A stretch of 64,000 nt of DNA from Actinomycetota bacterium (GCA_005885515.1 VAWK01000022.1:27562-91561), one strand, 5' to 3'. Counted from the stretch's first letter, positions 1-10,218 are shown. The notes: a model not told the origin generated them from the letters alone. Numbers and translations: made by a program.

Positions 1-831
1 GCGTTCGGCGACAGCCCGGTGTCGCTGCTGCCGCCCGCGCAGGCCCTGCTCGCGGGCCGCGGGCGGTTCGGGCGCTTTGAGCGCACGGGGGCACAGGCCG
101 ACCAGCTGATCTATGAGTTGATCGATGAGCGCCGTCGCGACGGCGACGGCGCTGATGACGTGCTCGCGCTGTTGCTGCAGGCGCGCCACGGCGACGGCTC
201 GCCGATGAGCGCGGAGGAGCTGCGCGACGAGCTGATGACGGCGCTCGTGGCGGGACACGAGACCACCGCCTCGCAGCTGGCCTGGGCGGCCGATCGCCTC
301 GCCCGCGAGCCTGCGGTTCAGGGCCGGCTGCACGACGAGCTCGACGCTGGTGAGGATGAGGCGTATCTGACCGCAACCATCCAGGAGATCCTGCGTCACC
401 GGCCGGTGCTGCCCAACGCCGAGCCGCGGCTGGTCAAGCGCCCGATCGAGATCGGCGGAATCGAATATGAGCCCGGCGTGGTGCTGTTCGCGAGCGCCTA
501 CCTGATTCATCACGACCCTGCCATCTATTCAGAGCCCTACGCGTTCCGTCCCGAGCGCTTCCTCGAGCAGCCGCCGGGCACCTACACCTGGATCCCATTC
601 GGGGGCGGTCGCAGGCGCTGCCTGGGCGCGAGCTTCGCGCTGCTGGAGATGAAGCTGGTGCTGACCGCGCTGCTCGAGCGATGCACGCTGCGGTCCGCCG
701 GCGTCCCCGCCGTGACGACGCGCCGGCGCGGAATCACGATCAGACCGCCGCGCGACAGCATGGTCGTGCTGACGCGGCGAGCGCCGACCCGGGCGCGCGC
801 GGCCACAGGGGCGCGCGAGGCCGCGGCATAG
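1..831 (+). CDS. Cytochrome P450, C-terminal part (5' end lies outside the window)
   Basis: The frame is open from base 1. It carries a K-helix ExxR (EILRHRP) and the heme-thiolate loop FGGGRRRCLGASFA. Confidence 0.9.
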   Translation, partial: AFGDSPVSLLPPAQALLAGRGRFGRFERTGAQADQLIYELIDERRRDGDGADDVLALLLQARHGDGSPMSAEELRDELMTALVAGHETTASQLAWAADRLAREPAVQGRLHDELDAGEDEAYLTATIQEILRHRPVLPNAEPRLVKRPIEIGGIEYEPGVVLFASAYLIHHDPAIYSEPYAFRPERFLEQPPGTYTWIPFGGGRRRCLGASFALLEMKLVLTALLERCTLRSAGVPAVTTRRRGITIRPPRDSMVVLTRRAPTRARAATGAREAAA

Positions 832-880
832 CGCCGGCTACTCCGCGCGAAGCAACCGGCTTTGCGGCTGAAGCGGGCTC

Positions 881-910
881 GGCGCCGGCGGTGAAGAACC
901 GACCGGCGCC
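881..910. terminator. GC hairpin between the convergent P450 and rsfS genes
   Basis: GGCGCCGG (881-888) pairs with CCGGCGCC (903-910) around a 14-nt loop. There is no U tract. Confidence 0.3.
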
Positions 911-1011
911 CCCGTCAACCGAGCGACGCTGCGCGCGGCCCGGCTAGCCCGCTGAGTCAAGTCGTAGTGGCCAGATGGTACACCGCGCGCGCCGCGTGGG
1001 AAAGCGCTCGT

Positions 1012-1365
1012 TCAGGCGCCCTCCCCCGCCAGGCGCGCCGGGGCCTCGCCCCACAGGTCCTCCAGGCGATAGTAGGCGCGCATCTCGGGCGTGAAGATGT
1101 GGACCACCACGTCGAGGTAGTCCATCAGTATCCAGGCTGCTCTGCTCGCGCCCTCCACGCGGCGCGGCAGCGTGTTGTGATTGCGCTTGAGCCCCTCCAG
1201 GATGCCGTCGTGGATGGCTTTCGTTTGGCGGCTGGTGTTGCCCGAGCAGATCAGGAAGTAGTCGGTGTAGTCCAGCACGCCGCGGAGGTCGAGCTCCACC
1301 ACGTCTGCGGCCTTCTTGTCGGCGGCATAGCGCGCGATCTCACCGACGAGCGTCTCCGGGCGCAT
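1012..1365 (-). CDS. rsfS: Ribosome silencing factor RsfS (Iojap family)
   Basis: Contains DVVELDLRGVLDYTDYFLICSGNTSRQTKAI and VVVHIFTPEMRAYYRLEDLWG. The ATG at 1365 overlaps the nadD stop (ATGA). Confidence 0.85.
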   Translation of the reverse strand: MRPETLVGEIARYAADKKAADVVELDLRGVLDYTDYFLICSGNTSRQTKAIHDGILEGLKRNHNTLPRRVEGASRAAWILMDYLDVVVHIFTPEMRAYYRLEDLWGEAPARLAGEGA

Positions 1366-2060
1366 CAGCTGGCGCCGCCTGGCGGCGCCCGGTAGAGCCC
1401 CTGCTCGCGGACGTAGCCGGCCACGTCGGGTCCTACCCAATCCTCGATCGGCCGGCCATCGGCCGCGCGGCGGCGCACGGCCGAGGAGGACACGTCGATC
1501 ACCGGCAGGTCCAGGAACCTGACCCGCTCTGCTCGGGCGTGACCGTCGCGGCCCGCCTCAGCGCCAGCGTGCGCCTGCGTCGCGCCAGTCAACTCGGGAC
1601 CCACGGACCGCAGGCTGGCCAGCACCTCCTCACGGGTAGTGCCTGCTCGGGCCGCCACCGCCAGGTCCGCAAGCTGCAGCAGCCGCGCCGGTTCGCGCCA
1701 CGCCGGCAGCGTGCTCGCAGTGTCCGCTCCCACGATAAACGTCAGCTCAGCTTCCGGATGGCTGGCATGTATCGCCGTCAGGGTATCGACCGTATACGAA
1801 TCGCCGCCGCGCTCGATCTCCAGCGCGCACACCGACACGCCGGGCGTGCCGCGCACGAGCAGCCCGCACATGCTCAGGCGGTGCTCGGGCCCCGGATCGG
1901 GTGCCGCCGGCTTGAAGGGAGAGGCGTGCGCGGGCATCAGCACGACTCGCTCCAGGGCGAGCTCATCGAGCGCGTGGCGTGCGAGCGCCAGGTGACCCAG
2001 GTGTGGCGGGTTGAACGTTCCGCCCAGGATCCCTACCGATGCAGGATGCTGCGGCCCCAC
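1365..2060 (-). CDS. nadD: Nicotinate-nucleotide adenylyltransferase
   Basis: Carries the GGTFNPPHLGH nucleotidyltransferase motif. A GTG at 2060 lies just downstream of the proA stop; the longer ORF to 2189 overlaps proA. Confidence 0.85.
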   Translation of the reverse strand: MGPQHPASVGILGGTFNPPHLGHLALARHALDELALERVVLMPAHASPFKPAAPDPGPEHRLSMCGLLVRGTPGVSVCALEIERGGDSYTVDTLTAIHASHPEAELTFIVGADTASTLPAWREPARLLQLADLAVAARAGTTREEVLASLRSVGPELTGATQAHAGAEAGRDGHARAERVRFLDLPVIDVSSSAVRRRAADGRPIEDWVGPDVAGYVREQGLYRAPPGGAS

Positions 2061-2067
2061 CCGGCGC

Positions 2068-3378
2068 TCAGGCGCGCACCTGCCCGTCGCCTTCGACGAC
2101 GTACTTGAACGTGCACAGCTCGCGCAAGCCGATCGGCCCGCGCGCGTGCAGCTTCTGCGTCGAGTTGCCGATCTCGGCGCCCATTCCAAACTCGCCGCCG
2201 TCGGTGAACCTGGTGGACGCGTTCACGTACACGCACGCCGCATCCACGCCGCGCTGGAAGGCCCGCGCTGCGGACACGTCTTTGGTCACGATCGCCTCGG
2301 AGTGACCGCTGCCATAACGCGTGATGTGCTCGATCGCCTCCTGCAGCGAGTCCACCACGCGCACCGCGAGCGTCAGCGACAGGTACTCGGTCTCCCAGTC
2401 CTCCTCCTGCGCCTCCTGCACCACCGCGCGTACCGCGTCCGCTCCCGCGCCGCTCGCGGCCTGCTCCGCCTCCGCTGCCGCAAGCGCGAGCGTGCGATCG
2501 TCGCCGCGCAACAGCACGCCCGCGGCGCCCAGCGAGCGCACCAGCCGCGGTATCAGCTCGGCCGCGCACGCGGCGTGGACCAGCAGCGTCTCGGCCGCAT
2601 TGCACACGCCGGGGCGCTGGGTCTTGGCGTTGATCACGATCGCCTCGGCCTGGTCCAGATCCGCGGAGGCATCCACGTACACGTGACAGTTGCCCGAGGC
2701 CGCGTAGATGACGGGCACGGTGGCCACCGCCTGCAGCGCCTCCTTGAGCCGCTCACCGCCGCGCGGGATGATCAGGTCGATCGTCCGATCCTGCGTGGCC
2801 AGCTCGGCCAGCTCGTCGTGGCCGCCGCCCGCGAGCAGGTTGACGCTGCCCTGCGGCAGCCCCGCCGCGACCGCGGCCTCGGCGGCGATCTGGGCCAGGG
2901 CGGCGTTGGAGTGGCTCGCCGAGGAGGAGCCGCGCAGCACGATCGCGTTGCCCGACTTCAGGCACAGCGACGCCGCATCGATCGTGACGTTCGGACGCGC
3001 CTCGTACACGACCGCCACCACGCCCAGCGGGACGCGCACCTTGCGCACATCCAGGCCGTTGGGCAGGCGCTCGCCGGAGATGACCTCGCCGACCGGATCG
3101 GCCAGCGCCGCGATTTCGCGCACCGCCCGCGCGATGCCCGCCACGCGAGCGTCGTCCAGTCGCAGGCGGTCCAGCAGCGCGTCGCCGATGTCGGCCTCGA
3201 CGCCCGCCTGCATGTCGCGCGCGTTGGCCGCCAGGATCTCCTCCAGGCGGGCCTCGAGCGCGGCCGCGATCGACTCGAGCGCGCGGTCCTTGACCACCGT
3301 GTCGATCTGCGCGAGCGCTGCCGCCGCGCGCTTGGCCGAGCGGCAGACGTCGGCGACCGGCGAGATCACAGTTGCCAT
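2068..3378 (-). CDS. proA: Gamma-glutamyl phosphate reductase
   Basis: A 436-aa aldehyde-dehydrogenase-fold ORF with the typical ProA C-terminus (VNASTRFTDGGEFGMGAEIG), adjacent to proB. Confidence 0.9.
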   Translation of the reverse strand: MATVISPVADVCRSAKRAAAALAQIDTVVKDRALESIAAALEARLEEILAANARDMQAGVEADIGDALLDRLRLDDARVAGIARAVREIAALADPVGEVISGERLPNGLDVRKVRVPLGVVAVVYEARPNVTIDAASLCLKSGNAIVLRGSSSASHSNAALAQIAAEAAVAAGLPQGSVNLLAGGGHDELAELATQDRTIDLIIPRGGERLKEALQAVATVPVIYAASGNCHVYVDASADLDQAEAIVINAKTQRPGVCNAAETLLVHAACAAELIPRLVRSLGAAGVLLRGDDRTLALAAAEAEQAASGAGADAVRAVVQEAQEEDWETEYLSLTLAVRVVDSLQEAIEHITRYGSGHSEAIVTKDVSAARAFQRGVDAACVYVNASTRFTDGGEFGMGAEIGNSTQKLHARGPIGLRELCTFKYVVEGDGQVRA

Positions 3379-3398
3379 CGGCCTACAGGGTACGACGC

Positions 3399-4511
3399 TC
3401 AGTCCAGCACGAGATAGTCACGGTGCACCGCCTCCTCGCTGGCGCGGGGCAGGACCTCGCGCACGGCCGCCGACTTCATGCCGATCACCTGCCGCAGCTC
3501 AGCGGCGGAGTAGTTGCAGATGCCCTTGCCCAGCGGCCGCGCCGGTCCACCGTCGAGCGCCTGGCGCTCGGCGATGTCGACTGCATCGCCGGCGTCGAAG
3601 TCGCCGAGCACCTCGACCACGCCCACCGGCAGCAGGCTGGCACTGCCTTCGCGCACGGCCTTGACCGCTCCCGCATCGATCAACAGCGTTCCGCGCGAGG
3701 GCTTGGCGTACTTGAGCCACAGCTTGAACGAGCTGTAGCGCGCCTCGCGGCGGCTGAAGCGGGTGCCTTCGAGCTCGCCCGCGAGCACCGCCTCGAGCGC
3801 GCCCTCGCGCAGCCCGTTGCAGATCACGGTGGCGATCCCCGCCGCCGTGGCCATGTCCGCCGCCACCACCTTCGAGCGCATTCCCCCCGAGCCCAGGGGC
3901 GAGGTCGTGTGCCCGATCTCGAGCCCCTCGAGCGCCGAGAAGTCCCCGACCTCGCTGACGATGCGCGCGTCGGGATAGCGCCGCGGGTCGGCCGTGTAGA
4001 GACCGTCGGTATCGGTCAGCAGGATCAATTCCTCGGCGCCCACCAGCACCGCCACCTGCGCCGCCAGGAAGTCGTTGTCCCCGAACGAGATCTCGTCGGT
4101 CGCGGTCGTGTCGTTCTCGTTGATGACCGGCAGCACGCGCCACTCCAGCAGCTTGGTGAGCGTCTGGCGCGCGTTCAGGTAGTGGGTGCGGGCGCTCATG
4201 TCAAAGAACGTGAGCAGCACCTGGGCGCTGGTCAGGCCCTGCGCGCGCAGCAACTCGTCATAGATCCAGTACAGCTTGCCCTGCCCCACCGCGCTCGCGG
4301 CCTGCAGCTCGCCGATCGAGGTCGGCCGCTGCCCCAGCTCCATGACGCGCATGCCGCGCGCGATCGCGCCGCTCGAAACGAGAATCACCTCGCCGCCTTC
4401 GCGGTGCAGTCGCGCGAGCGCAGCGCACACGCGCGCGAGCACCTGCATGCGCGGCTCGCCGTCGCCATCGGCGACCACGCTCGAGCCGAGCTTCACCACC
4501 ACACGTCGCAT
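3399..4511 (-). CDS. proB: Glutamate 5-kinase with C-terminal PUA domain
   Basis: Starts MRRVVVKLGSSVV, contains INENDTTATDEISFGDND, and has a PUA-like tail. Start ATG at 4511. Confidence 0.9.
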   Translation of the reverse strand: MRRVVVKLGSSVVADGDGEPRMQVLARVCAALARLHREGGEVILVSSGAIARGMRVMELGQRPTSIGELQAASAVGQGKLYWIYDELLRAQGLTSAQVLLTFFDMSARTHYLNARQTLTKLLEWRVLPVINENDTTATDEISFGDNDFLAAQVAVLVGAEELILLTDTDGLYTADPRRYPDARIVSEVGDFSALEGLEIGHTTSPLGSGGMRSKVVAADMATAAGIATVICNGLREGALEAVLAGELEGTRFSRREARYSSFKLWLKYAKPSRGTLLIDAGAVKAVREGSASLLPVGVVEVLGDFDAGDAVDIAERQALDGGPARPLGKGICNYSAAELRQVIGMKSAAVREVLPRASEEAVHRDYLVLD

Positions 4512-4584
4512 GCAAGTGAGCTTATTTGCCCCCGCTGGCCCGGCCAAGCGGGAGCGCCGCTGGGGGGCGAGCGCGGCAGTGAGG

Positions 4585-5988
4585 CTACGCCGCCGCGCCC
4601 GGATCGAGCTCGACGCTCACGCCCGCGATCTGCAGCTCGTCTCCGGAGCGGAACCCCTCCGCCTGCAACGCGCGCAGCACACCGATCCGCCGCAGCCTCT
4701 CGGCCACGTAGGCCATCGCGTCCTCGTTCTCGATGTCATACCGGCCGACCAGCCGCTCGATCCCGGAGCCGTTGACCGCAAAGCTGCGCGGGCCCAACCG
4801 CTGCACGCTGAAGCCCGCCTGCGCGGCCGGGCGAAGCACCACGTGCTCGGCCAGCTCCTCCTCGGCCGCGCCGCCCGCGCCCGATCCCCCCACTCGCGCC
4901 GCGCCGGCAGCGCCCGTTGCCAGCGGACCGACCAGGCTGTCGCGTGCGTCTGCCCCGCCTGCGGCTCGCGCCGGGACCCTACGCTGCAGCTCGCCCGCCA
5001 GCTGTTCGATCCCCGCTCCGGTGGCGCTCGAAGTCGCGATCACCGGCACGTCCCCGCCGAGCCGCTGCTGCCACTCGGCGACCGCCGCGCAGGCACGCTC
5101 GGCGGTCACGAGATCGGCCTTGGACAGGGCCAGCACGCGCGGCAGTCGCGCGAGCCGCTCGTCGTGTGCCGCCAGCTCGCGCTCGATCGTTGCGTGGTTC
5201 GCGCGCGGGTCGCTGCCCTCGCCGGCCGACAGCTCGGGCGCCAGGTCGAGCACGTGCACCAGCAGGCTCGTGCGCTCGACGTGGGCGAGGAAGTCGTCTC
5301 CCAGCCCGGCGCCCTGGCTGGCGCCCTCGATCAGGCCGGGGATGTCAGCGACGACCAGCTGGCGCTCGTCGCCTTCGAGCACACCGAGCACCGGCGAGAG
5401 CGTCGTGAACGGATACTCGGCCACCTTGGGCACCGCACGCGTGAGACGAGCGAGCAGCGAGGACTTGCCCGCGTTAGGCATACCCACCAGACCCACGTCA
5501 GCAAGCAGCTTCAGTCGCAGCTCGAGCCAGCCCTCCTCGCCGGTCAGCCCGCGCTCTGCGAAGCGCGGCGCCTGGCGGGTGGCGGTGGCGAAGCGCTTGT
5601 TGCCCTTTCCCCCTGCGCCGCCCCGCGCAACCGTCGCCCGCTGACCGTGGGCGAGTAGCTCCCAGCGCCGGCCGGAGCGCTCGCCGGCCTCCTCACGCGA
5701 GTCGATCTCGGTGCCCGGCGGCACCGCGATCTCCAGGTCGGCGCCATTGGCGCCGTGGCGCAGCGCGCCGGCGCCGTTGCCGCCCCTGCCGGCGGCGTAG
5801 TGGCTGCGGCGGGCGACCGCCTGAAGGTCGCGCAGCGCCTCGTCGCACACGACGATCACCGCTCCTCCGCGGCCTCCGTCGCCGCCGTCGGGGCCGCCGC
5901 GCGGCACATGCGCTTCGCGGCGAAAGCTCGTGCCCCCATCGCCGCCGGCGCCCGCCCTGACATGAATTCTCGCGCGATCCTGGAGCAT
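4585..5988 (-). CDS. obg: GTPase Obg/CgtA with C-terminal OCT extension
   Basis: Gly-rich Obg fold (GGDGGTSFRRE, GGPDGGDGGRGG), G1 motif GMPNAGKSS and G3 motif DIPGLIEGA. Start ATG at 5988 chosen from homolog-like MLQDRARIHV. Confidence 0.9.
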   Translation of the reverse strand: MLQDRARIHVRAGAGGDGGTSFRREAHVPRGGPDGGDGGRGGAVIVVCDEALRDLQAVARRSHYAAGRGGNGAGALRHGANGADLEIAVPPGTEIDSREEAGERSGRRWELLAHGQRATVARGGAGGKGNKRFATATRQAPRFAERGLTGEEGWLELRLKLLADVGLVGMPNAGKSSLLARLTRAVPKVAEYPFTTLSPVLGVLEGDERQLVVADIPGLIEGASQGAGLGDDFLAHVERTSLLVHVLDLAPELSAGEGSDPRANHATIERELAAHDERLARLPRVLALSKADLVTAERACAAVAEWQQRLGGDVPVIATSSATGAGIEQLAGELQRRVPARAAGGADARDSLVGPLATGAAGAARVGGSGAGGAAEEELAEHVVLRPAAQAGFSVQRLGPRSFAVNGSGIERLVGRYDIENEDAMAYVAERLRRIGVLRALQAEGFRSGDELQIAGVSVELDPGAAA

Positions 5989-6092
5989 CAGCCACATCCT
6001 GACAGCCGCCCAGCGGCGCCCCGCGGGGCCCGGCGCGCGCGGCTGGGGTATGGATACCGGCCCATCCATTCACGGCAAAGGAGCAGCCTGAA

Positions 6093-6800
6093 ATGAGCGA
6101 CCACACCAACGAGCCGGCAAACCGCGTGCTGCTGATCACGGGAGCCTCGTCAGGCATCGGCGCCGCCACCGCCCGCACGGCTTCCGCGGCGGGCTGGCGG
6201 GTGGTGCTCGCCGCGCGCTCCGGCGAGCGGCTGCGCGCGCTCGCCGGGCAGCTCGGCGGCGAGGGTCGCGCGCTGCCCGTCCAATGCGACGTGACCGACT
6301 GGGACGCGCAGCAGCGCATGGTCGAGGCCGCGCTGTCAGCGTTCGGGCAGCTCGACGCCGCGTTCGCCAACGCCGGCTTCGGCGGGGCGCGTGGCTTCCT
6401 CGCCGACACGCCCGAGCACTGGCGCGAGATGGTGTTGACGAACATCTACGGCGTAGCGCTGACGCTGCGCGCGACCATTCCCGCGCTGCGCAAGTCGCGC
6501 GGCCATGTGCTGCTCACCTCGAGCGTCGCCGGCCGACGCGTGCTGCCCGGTTCGTTGTATTCGTGCACCAAGCATGCGGTCACCGCGATGGGCGAGGCCG
6601 CGCGCCAGGATCTTCACGGCACGGGCATCCGCGTGACCGTGATCGAGCCCGGGATGACCGACACGCCGTTCTTCGAGCGCCGCCCCACCGATGCACTGCG
6701 CGACGACGACATCGCGCGAGCGGTGCTGTACGCGATCTCCCAGCCGGCACACGTAGACGTCAACGAGGTCCTCATACGCCCGACCGCGCAGCAGGGATAG
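6093..6800 (+). CDS. Short-chain dehydrogenase/reductase (SDR)
   Basis: Cofactor motif ITGASSGIG and catalytic YSCTKHA (YxxxK). It lies on the opposite strand between obg and rpmA. Confidence 0.85.
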   Translation: MSDHTNEPANRVLLITGASSGIGAATARTASAAGWRVVLAARSGERLRALAGQLGGEGRALPVQCDVTDWDAQQRMVEAALSAFGQLDAAFANAGFGGARGFLADTPEHWREMVLTNIYGVALTLRATIPALRKSRGHVLLTSSVAGRRVLPGSLYSCTKHAVTAMGEAARQDLHGTGIRVTVIEPGMTDTPFFERRPTDALRDDDIARAVLYAISQPAHVDVNEVLIRPTAQQG

Positions 6801-6824
6801 GCCCGGCCGCAGCGCCGTCGGAGC

Positions 6825-7088
6825 TCAGCCGCCGCGCTCGTCGGTCACCACGCTGACCGTGCGCCCGGCGCGCCCGGTCGTGAAGCGCACCGTGCCGGCC
6901 GCGCGCGCGTACAGCGTGTCGTCCTTGCCGATCCCCACGCCGGCTCCGGGCTTGAAGCGCGTGCCGCGCTGGCGCACGATGATCTCGCCGCCGCTCACCG
7001 ACTGCCCGGCGAACGTCTTCACACCGAGGCGCTGTGCGTTCGAGTCGCGCCCGTTGCGGCTTGAGCCCAGTCCCTTCTTATGAGCCAT
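6825..7088 (-). CDS. rpmA: 50S ribosomal protein L27
   Basis: N-terminus [24 protein letters not shown]. Confidence 0.95.
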   Translation of the reverse strand: MAHKKGLGSSRNGRDSNAQRLGVKTFAGQSVSGGEIIVRQRGTRFKPGAGVGIGKDDTLYARAAGTVRFTTGRAGRTVSVVTDERGG

Positions 7089-7743
7089 CTGAGTCCTTCT
7101 TCGGTTTGGGCGCGCGGGCAGGTTTTTTGCGCGCCGGCGAAGCGCCGGCGGCGCCTTTGCCCGTGCCGGCTCGTTTGGCCGCAGGTTTGCCGGCGCCTGC
7201 GTCGCCCTTGGCCGCGCGGGGCGGTTTGGCGGCTGGTTTGCCGCGGCGCTCCGCGCCCTTGGCCGCGCGGGCCGGTTTGGCGGCTGGGTTGCCCGCCTGC
7301 CTCTGCTTGGCTTTGGTTCCGGCCCGGGCGGGCGCGCGCGCGGTGGCCTTGGCGACGGCGTCCTTGGCGGGCGCGGCGCCCGCCTCCGCGGCGCCGGTCG
7401 CGGCGGCGTCCTCGCGCGCGCGCGCCGGTTTGCGCTTTTGCGCCGCGATCTCGGTCACCTCGATCCGCGTCAGCTCCTGGCGGTGGCCGGTGCGGCGTTT
7501 GTAGCCGCGCTTGGGCTTGAACTTGAACACGCGCAGCTTCTCGCCGCGCACGTGCTCGATCACCTTCGCGGTCACCTTGACCTGCTGCAGGCCAGCCTTG
7601 TCCAGGACCGCCTCGTCGGAGCGGTACAGAAGCGTCTCCAGCGACACCTCCGCGCCCGCGTTGGCGGCGAGGCGCTCGATCAGCAGCCGCTGGCCGCGCT
7701 CGACGCGGTACTGCTTGCCGCCTGTCCTCACGATCGCGTACAT
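7078..7743 (-). CDS. rplU: 50S ribosomal protein L21 with a roughly 118-aa Ala/Lys/Pro-rich C-terminal extension
   Basis: [18 protein letters not shown] core followed by a repetitive AAKPxRAAKG tail. ATG at 7743. Confidence 0.85.
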   Translation of the reverse strand: MYAIVRTGGKQYRVERGQRLLIERLAANAGAEVSLETLLYRSDEAVLDKAGLQQVKVTAKVIEHVRGEKLRVFKFKPKRGYKRRTGHRQELTRIEVTEIAAQKRKPARAREDAAATGAAEAGAAPAKDAVAKATARAPARAGTKAKQRQAGNPAAKPARAAKGAERRGKPAAKPPRAAKGDAGAGKPAAKRAGTGKGAAGASPARKKPARAPKPKKDSDGS

Positions 7744-7827
7744 GTCCCGTTGGTCTCCGTCGCTCGCCGTGCCGTGGGTCTCCGTCGCTCGCACGCAGCA
7801 CGTGTACGGACGCCACGCCGCCGCCCG

Positions 7828-9972
7828 CTACTCGGCCGCCTTTGCCTTGGCAGTCGAACGGCGCCGCCCGCCTCTGCGGCCGCGACGCCGAGGCTTCGAT
7901 TGTAAGCCATCCGAGCGGCTCTCGCCCTCCCGCTCGCGCTCCTCCTCGGCGACGGCGGGCTCCTGGTCGGGCTCCGAGTCCACGGTCGTCGGCGACTCGC
8001 TCAGGCCGGCTTCGCGGCGCGCCTGGGCGTCCTCGCTGTCGGCCGGGGCGCGGCGCGCGCGGGAGCGCGCCCGGACGCGCTTGGCCGCCCTGCCATCGCC
8101 GCCGCCGGCCGGGGCGAGCTCGACTGGGCGCGCAGGCGGGCCATCCGGCGCCGGCAGCTCGGCGCCCGACTCGTCCAGCAGGCGCCCGCTGGCCGCCGTG
8201 CGCCCGACCTGCTCGATGCGCACCATGCGCTTCTCGCCCACGTGCGCCGCGGCCCCCGCGATGGAGATGATGTAGCCGTCGATTTTCGCCACCGCGTAAT
8301 CCACGTCGTACATGTGCGGCTCGACGATCTCGACCAGCACCTCGTCGCCGGGGCGGAACGGCAGCGCGCGCTCCTCGACCTCCTCGCGGGTGCCCTCGAA
8401 GGTGACCGCGAAGTGGTCGAGCGCCAGCCCCTCCGAGCCCTCGAACAGGAACGACTTGCCGGTGTCCTCCTCGAGCGCGTGCAGCACGCGCGAGCCCTGA
8501 CCGGTGAACTCGGCCGTGACGCGAGGGTTGATCTGCACCAGGAACGCCTCCGTGTCGGAGTGCTCGGAGGCGATGTCGCGCAGGCGGCGCTCGAACTCGA
8601 TCGCGATCGTCTCCTCCGAGCGGATCACGCCCTCGCCGTCGCAGGTGGGACACGGACGGGTCATGATCTCGCGCACGCCCTCGGTGACGTTCTGGCGCGT
8701 CATCTCCACCAGCCCGAGCTTGGAGATCTCGGCGGTGAACGTCTTCGTGCGGTCCTCGTCGAGCGTCTCCCGCAGCGTCTTCATGACCGCGTCGCGGTTG
8801 CGTGCGCGGGCCATGTCGATGAAGTCGATCACGATGATCCCGCCGATGTCGCGCAGGCGCAGCTGATTGACCACCTCGGCCGCCGCCTCCAGGTTGGTCT
8901 TGGTGATCGTTTCCTCGAGCCCTGCCCCGCGCCCGCGCCCGATGAAGCTGCCCGAGTTGACGTCGATGACCGTGAGCGCCTCGGCGTAGTCGATGATCAG
9001 GTAGCCGCCGCTCGGCAAATCCACGCGCCGCGACAGCACCCCCTCGAGCGCCTTGTCCACGCCGTAGGCCTCGAACAGCGGCTCGTCCTGTTGCCACAGC
9101 TCCACGCGCTCCACCAGCTCCGGAGCGGTGCGCGTGAAGAACGACACCAGGCGGTGGTGCTGCTTCTCGTCATCGACGATCGCGCGCTCGAAGTGCGCCG
9201 AGAAGATGTCGCGCACCACGCGCACCGACAGGTCGGCCTCCTGGAAGACCAGCCCCGGGGCGGTCGTCTCGGCCACCCGCTTGATCAGCACCTCGTGCAG
9301 CTTGTGCAGGTACTTGAGCTCGCGTTCGAAGTCCTCCCGCATCGCGCCGTGCGCGGCCGTGCGCACGATCACGCCGCCGTCGTCGAGCTTCAGGTTCGCG
9401 GTCTGCCGGCGCAGCCTTTCGCGCTCGCGGTCCTCCAGGCGGCGCGACACGCCCACCCCCTCGCCGGTCGGCGCGTACACCATGTAGCGCCCCGCGATCG
9501 TCAACTCCATCGACAGGCGCGCGCCCTTGGTCTTCAGCGGATCCTTCACCACCTGCACTACCACTTCCTGGCCTGGACCAAGCAGGTCGGAGATCCTGCG
9601 CCCGCCGCTCGAGCCGCGCCCGCGCTTGGGGGCCTCCACGCCCGGCAGCACGATCTCATCGACGTGCAGGAAACCGTTCTTCTCCAGGCCGATGTCAACG
9701 AACGCCGCCTCCAGGCCGGGCAGCACGTTGTCGACCTTGCCCTTGTAAATGTTGCCGACGATCGAGCGCCCGCCGCGGCGCTCTATGTAGAGCTCAGCGA
9801 TCCGGTAGCCGCTCCCGGGGGCGCCGCGCTTGCCCGCGGCAGCCTTCTGCGGCGCGGCCGCCGCGGCGCGGTCGCCCGCGGAGGGACGCGGAGAGGGGCC
9901 TGTTCCGTTCGCCTCTAGGAGCGCCACGCGCGTCTCCGCGCGATCGACGCTGACGAGTACTTGCTTTTTCAA
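7828..9972 (-). CDS. rne: Ribonuclease E/G family endoribonuclease
   Basis: S1 domain (IVGNIYKGKVDNVLPGLEAAFVDIG), catalytic core (IDVNSG, GGIIVIDFIDM), CPxCxGxG Zn-link and a basic/acidic tail. Confidence 0.85.
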   Translation of the reverse strand: MKKQVLVSVDRAETRVALLEANGTGPSPRPSAGDRAAAAAPQKAAAGKRGAPGSGYRIAELYIERRGGRSIVGNIYKGKVDNVLPGLEAAFVDIGLEKNGFLHVDEIVLPGVEAPKRGRGSSGGRRISDLLGPGQEVVVQVVKDPLKTKGARLSMELTIAGRYMVYAPTGEGVGVSRRLEDRERERLRRQTANLKLDDGGVIVRTAAHGAMREDFERELKYLHKLHEVLIKRVAETTAPGLVFQEADLSVRVVRDIFSAHFERAIVDDEKQHHRLVSFFTRTAPELVERVELWQQDEPLFEAYGVDKALEGVLSRRVDLPSGGYLIIDYAEALTVIDVNSGSFIGRGRGAGLEETITKTNLEAAAEVVNQLRLRDIGGIIVIDFIDMARARNRDAVMKTLRETLDEDRTKTFTAEISKLGLVEMTRQNVTEGVREIMTRPCPTCDGEGVIRSEETIAIEFERRLRDIASEHSDTEAFLVQINPRVTAEFTGQGSRVLHALEEDTGKSFLFEGSEGLALDHFAVTFEGTREEVEERALPFRPGDEVLVEIVEPHMYDVDYAVAKIDGYIISIAGAAAHVGEKRMVRIEQVGRTAASGRLLDESGAELPAPDGPPARPVELAPAGGGDGRAAKRVRARSRARRAPADSEDAQARREAGLSESPTTVDSEPDQEPAVAEEEREREGESRSDGLQSKPRRRGRRGGRRRSTAKAKAAE

Positions 9973-10218
9973 TGTGGTCCAGTCTTTCTGTGTGGGAGGG
10001 GGCCAGGCCGCATGCGAGGGAACCCGTGCTTGCGTAGGGCCCGCTGGGGTCGCTCCCCATGGGCCGGCGGGTGCCCGCAGGCCTCACGCGGAGGCGCCGG
10101 GCGGCTGGCATGTCCAAGGTCTTGCCGCCGTCCCCCGCGCCGACCTCACGACCCGCGGGCGGCATGCCGCTCCAGGCGGGTTCGGACGATGGGGCGAGGT
10201 GGAAGGCGCTCATGTTCT

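Noticed and set aside
7019-9097. A 692-aa alternative-frame ORF overlapping rpmA, rplU and the RNase E/G gene on the same strand.
   Set aside because: The translation is Arg/Gly/Ala-rich low complexity. The other frame gives textbook L27, L21 and RNase E/G sequences.
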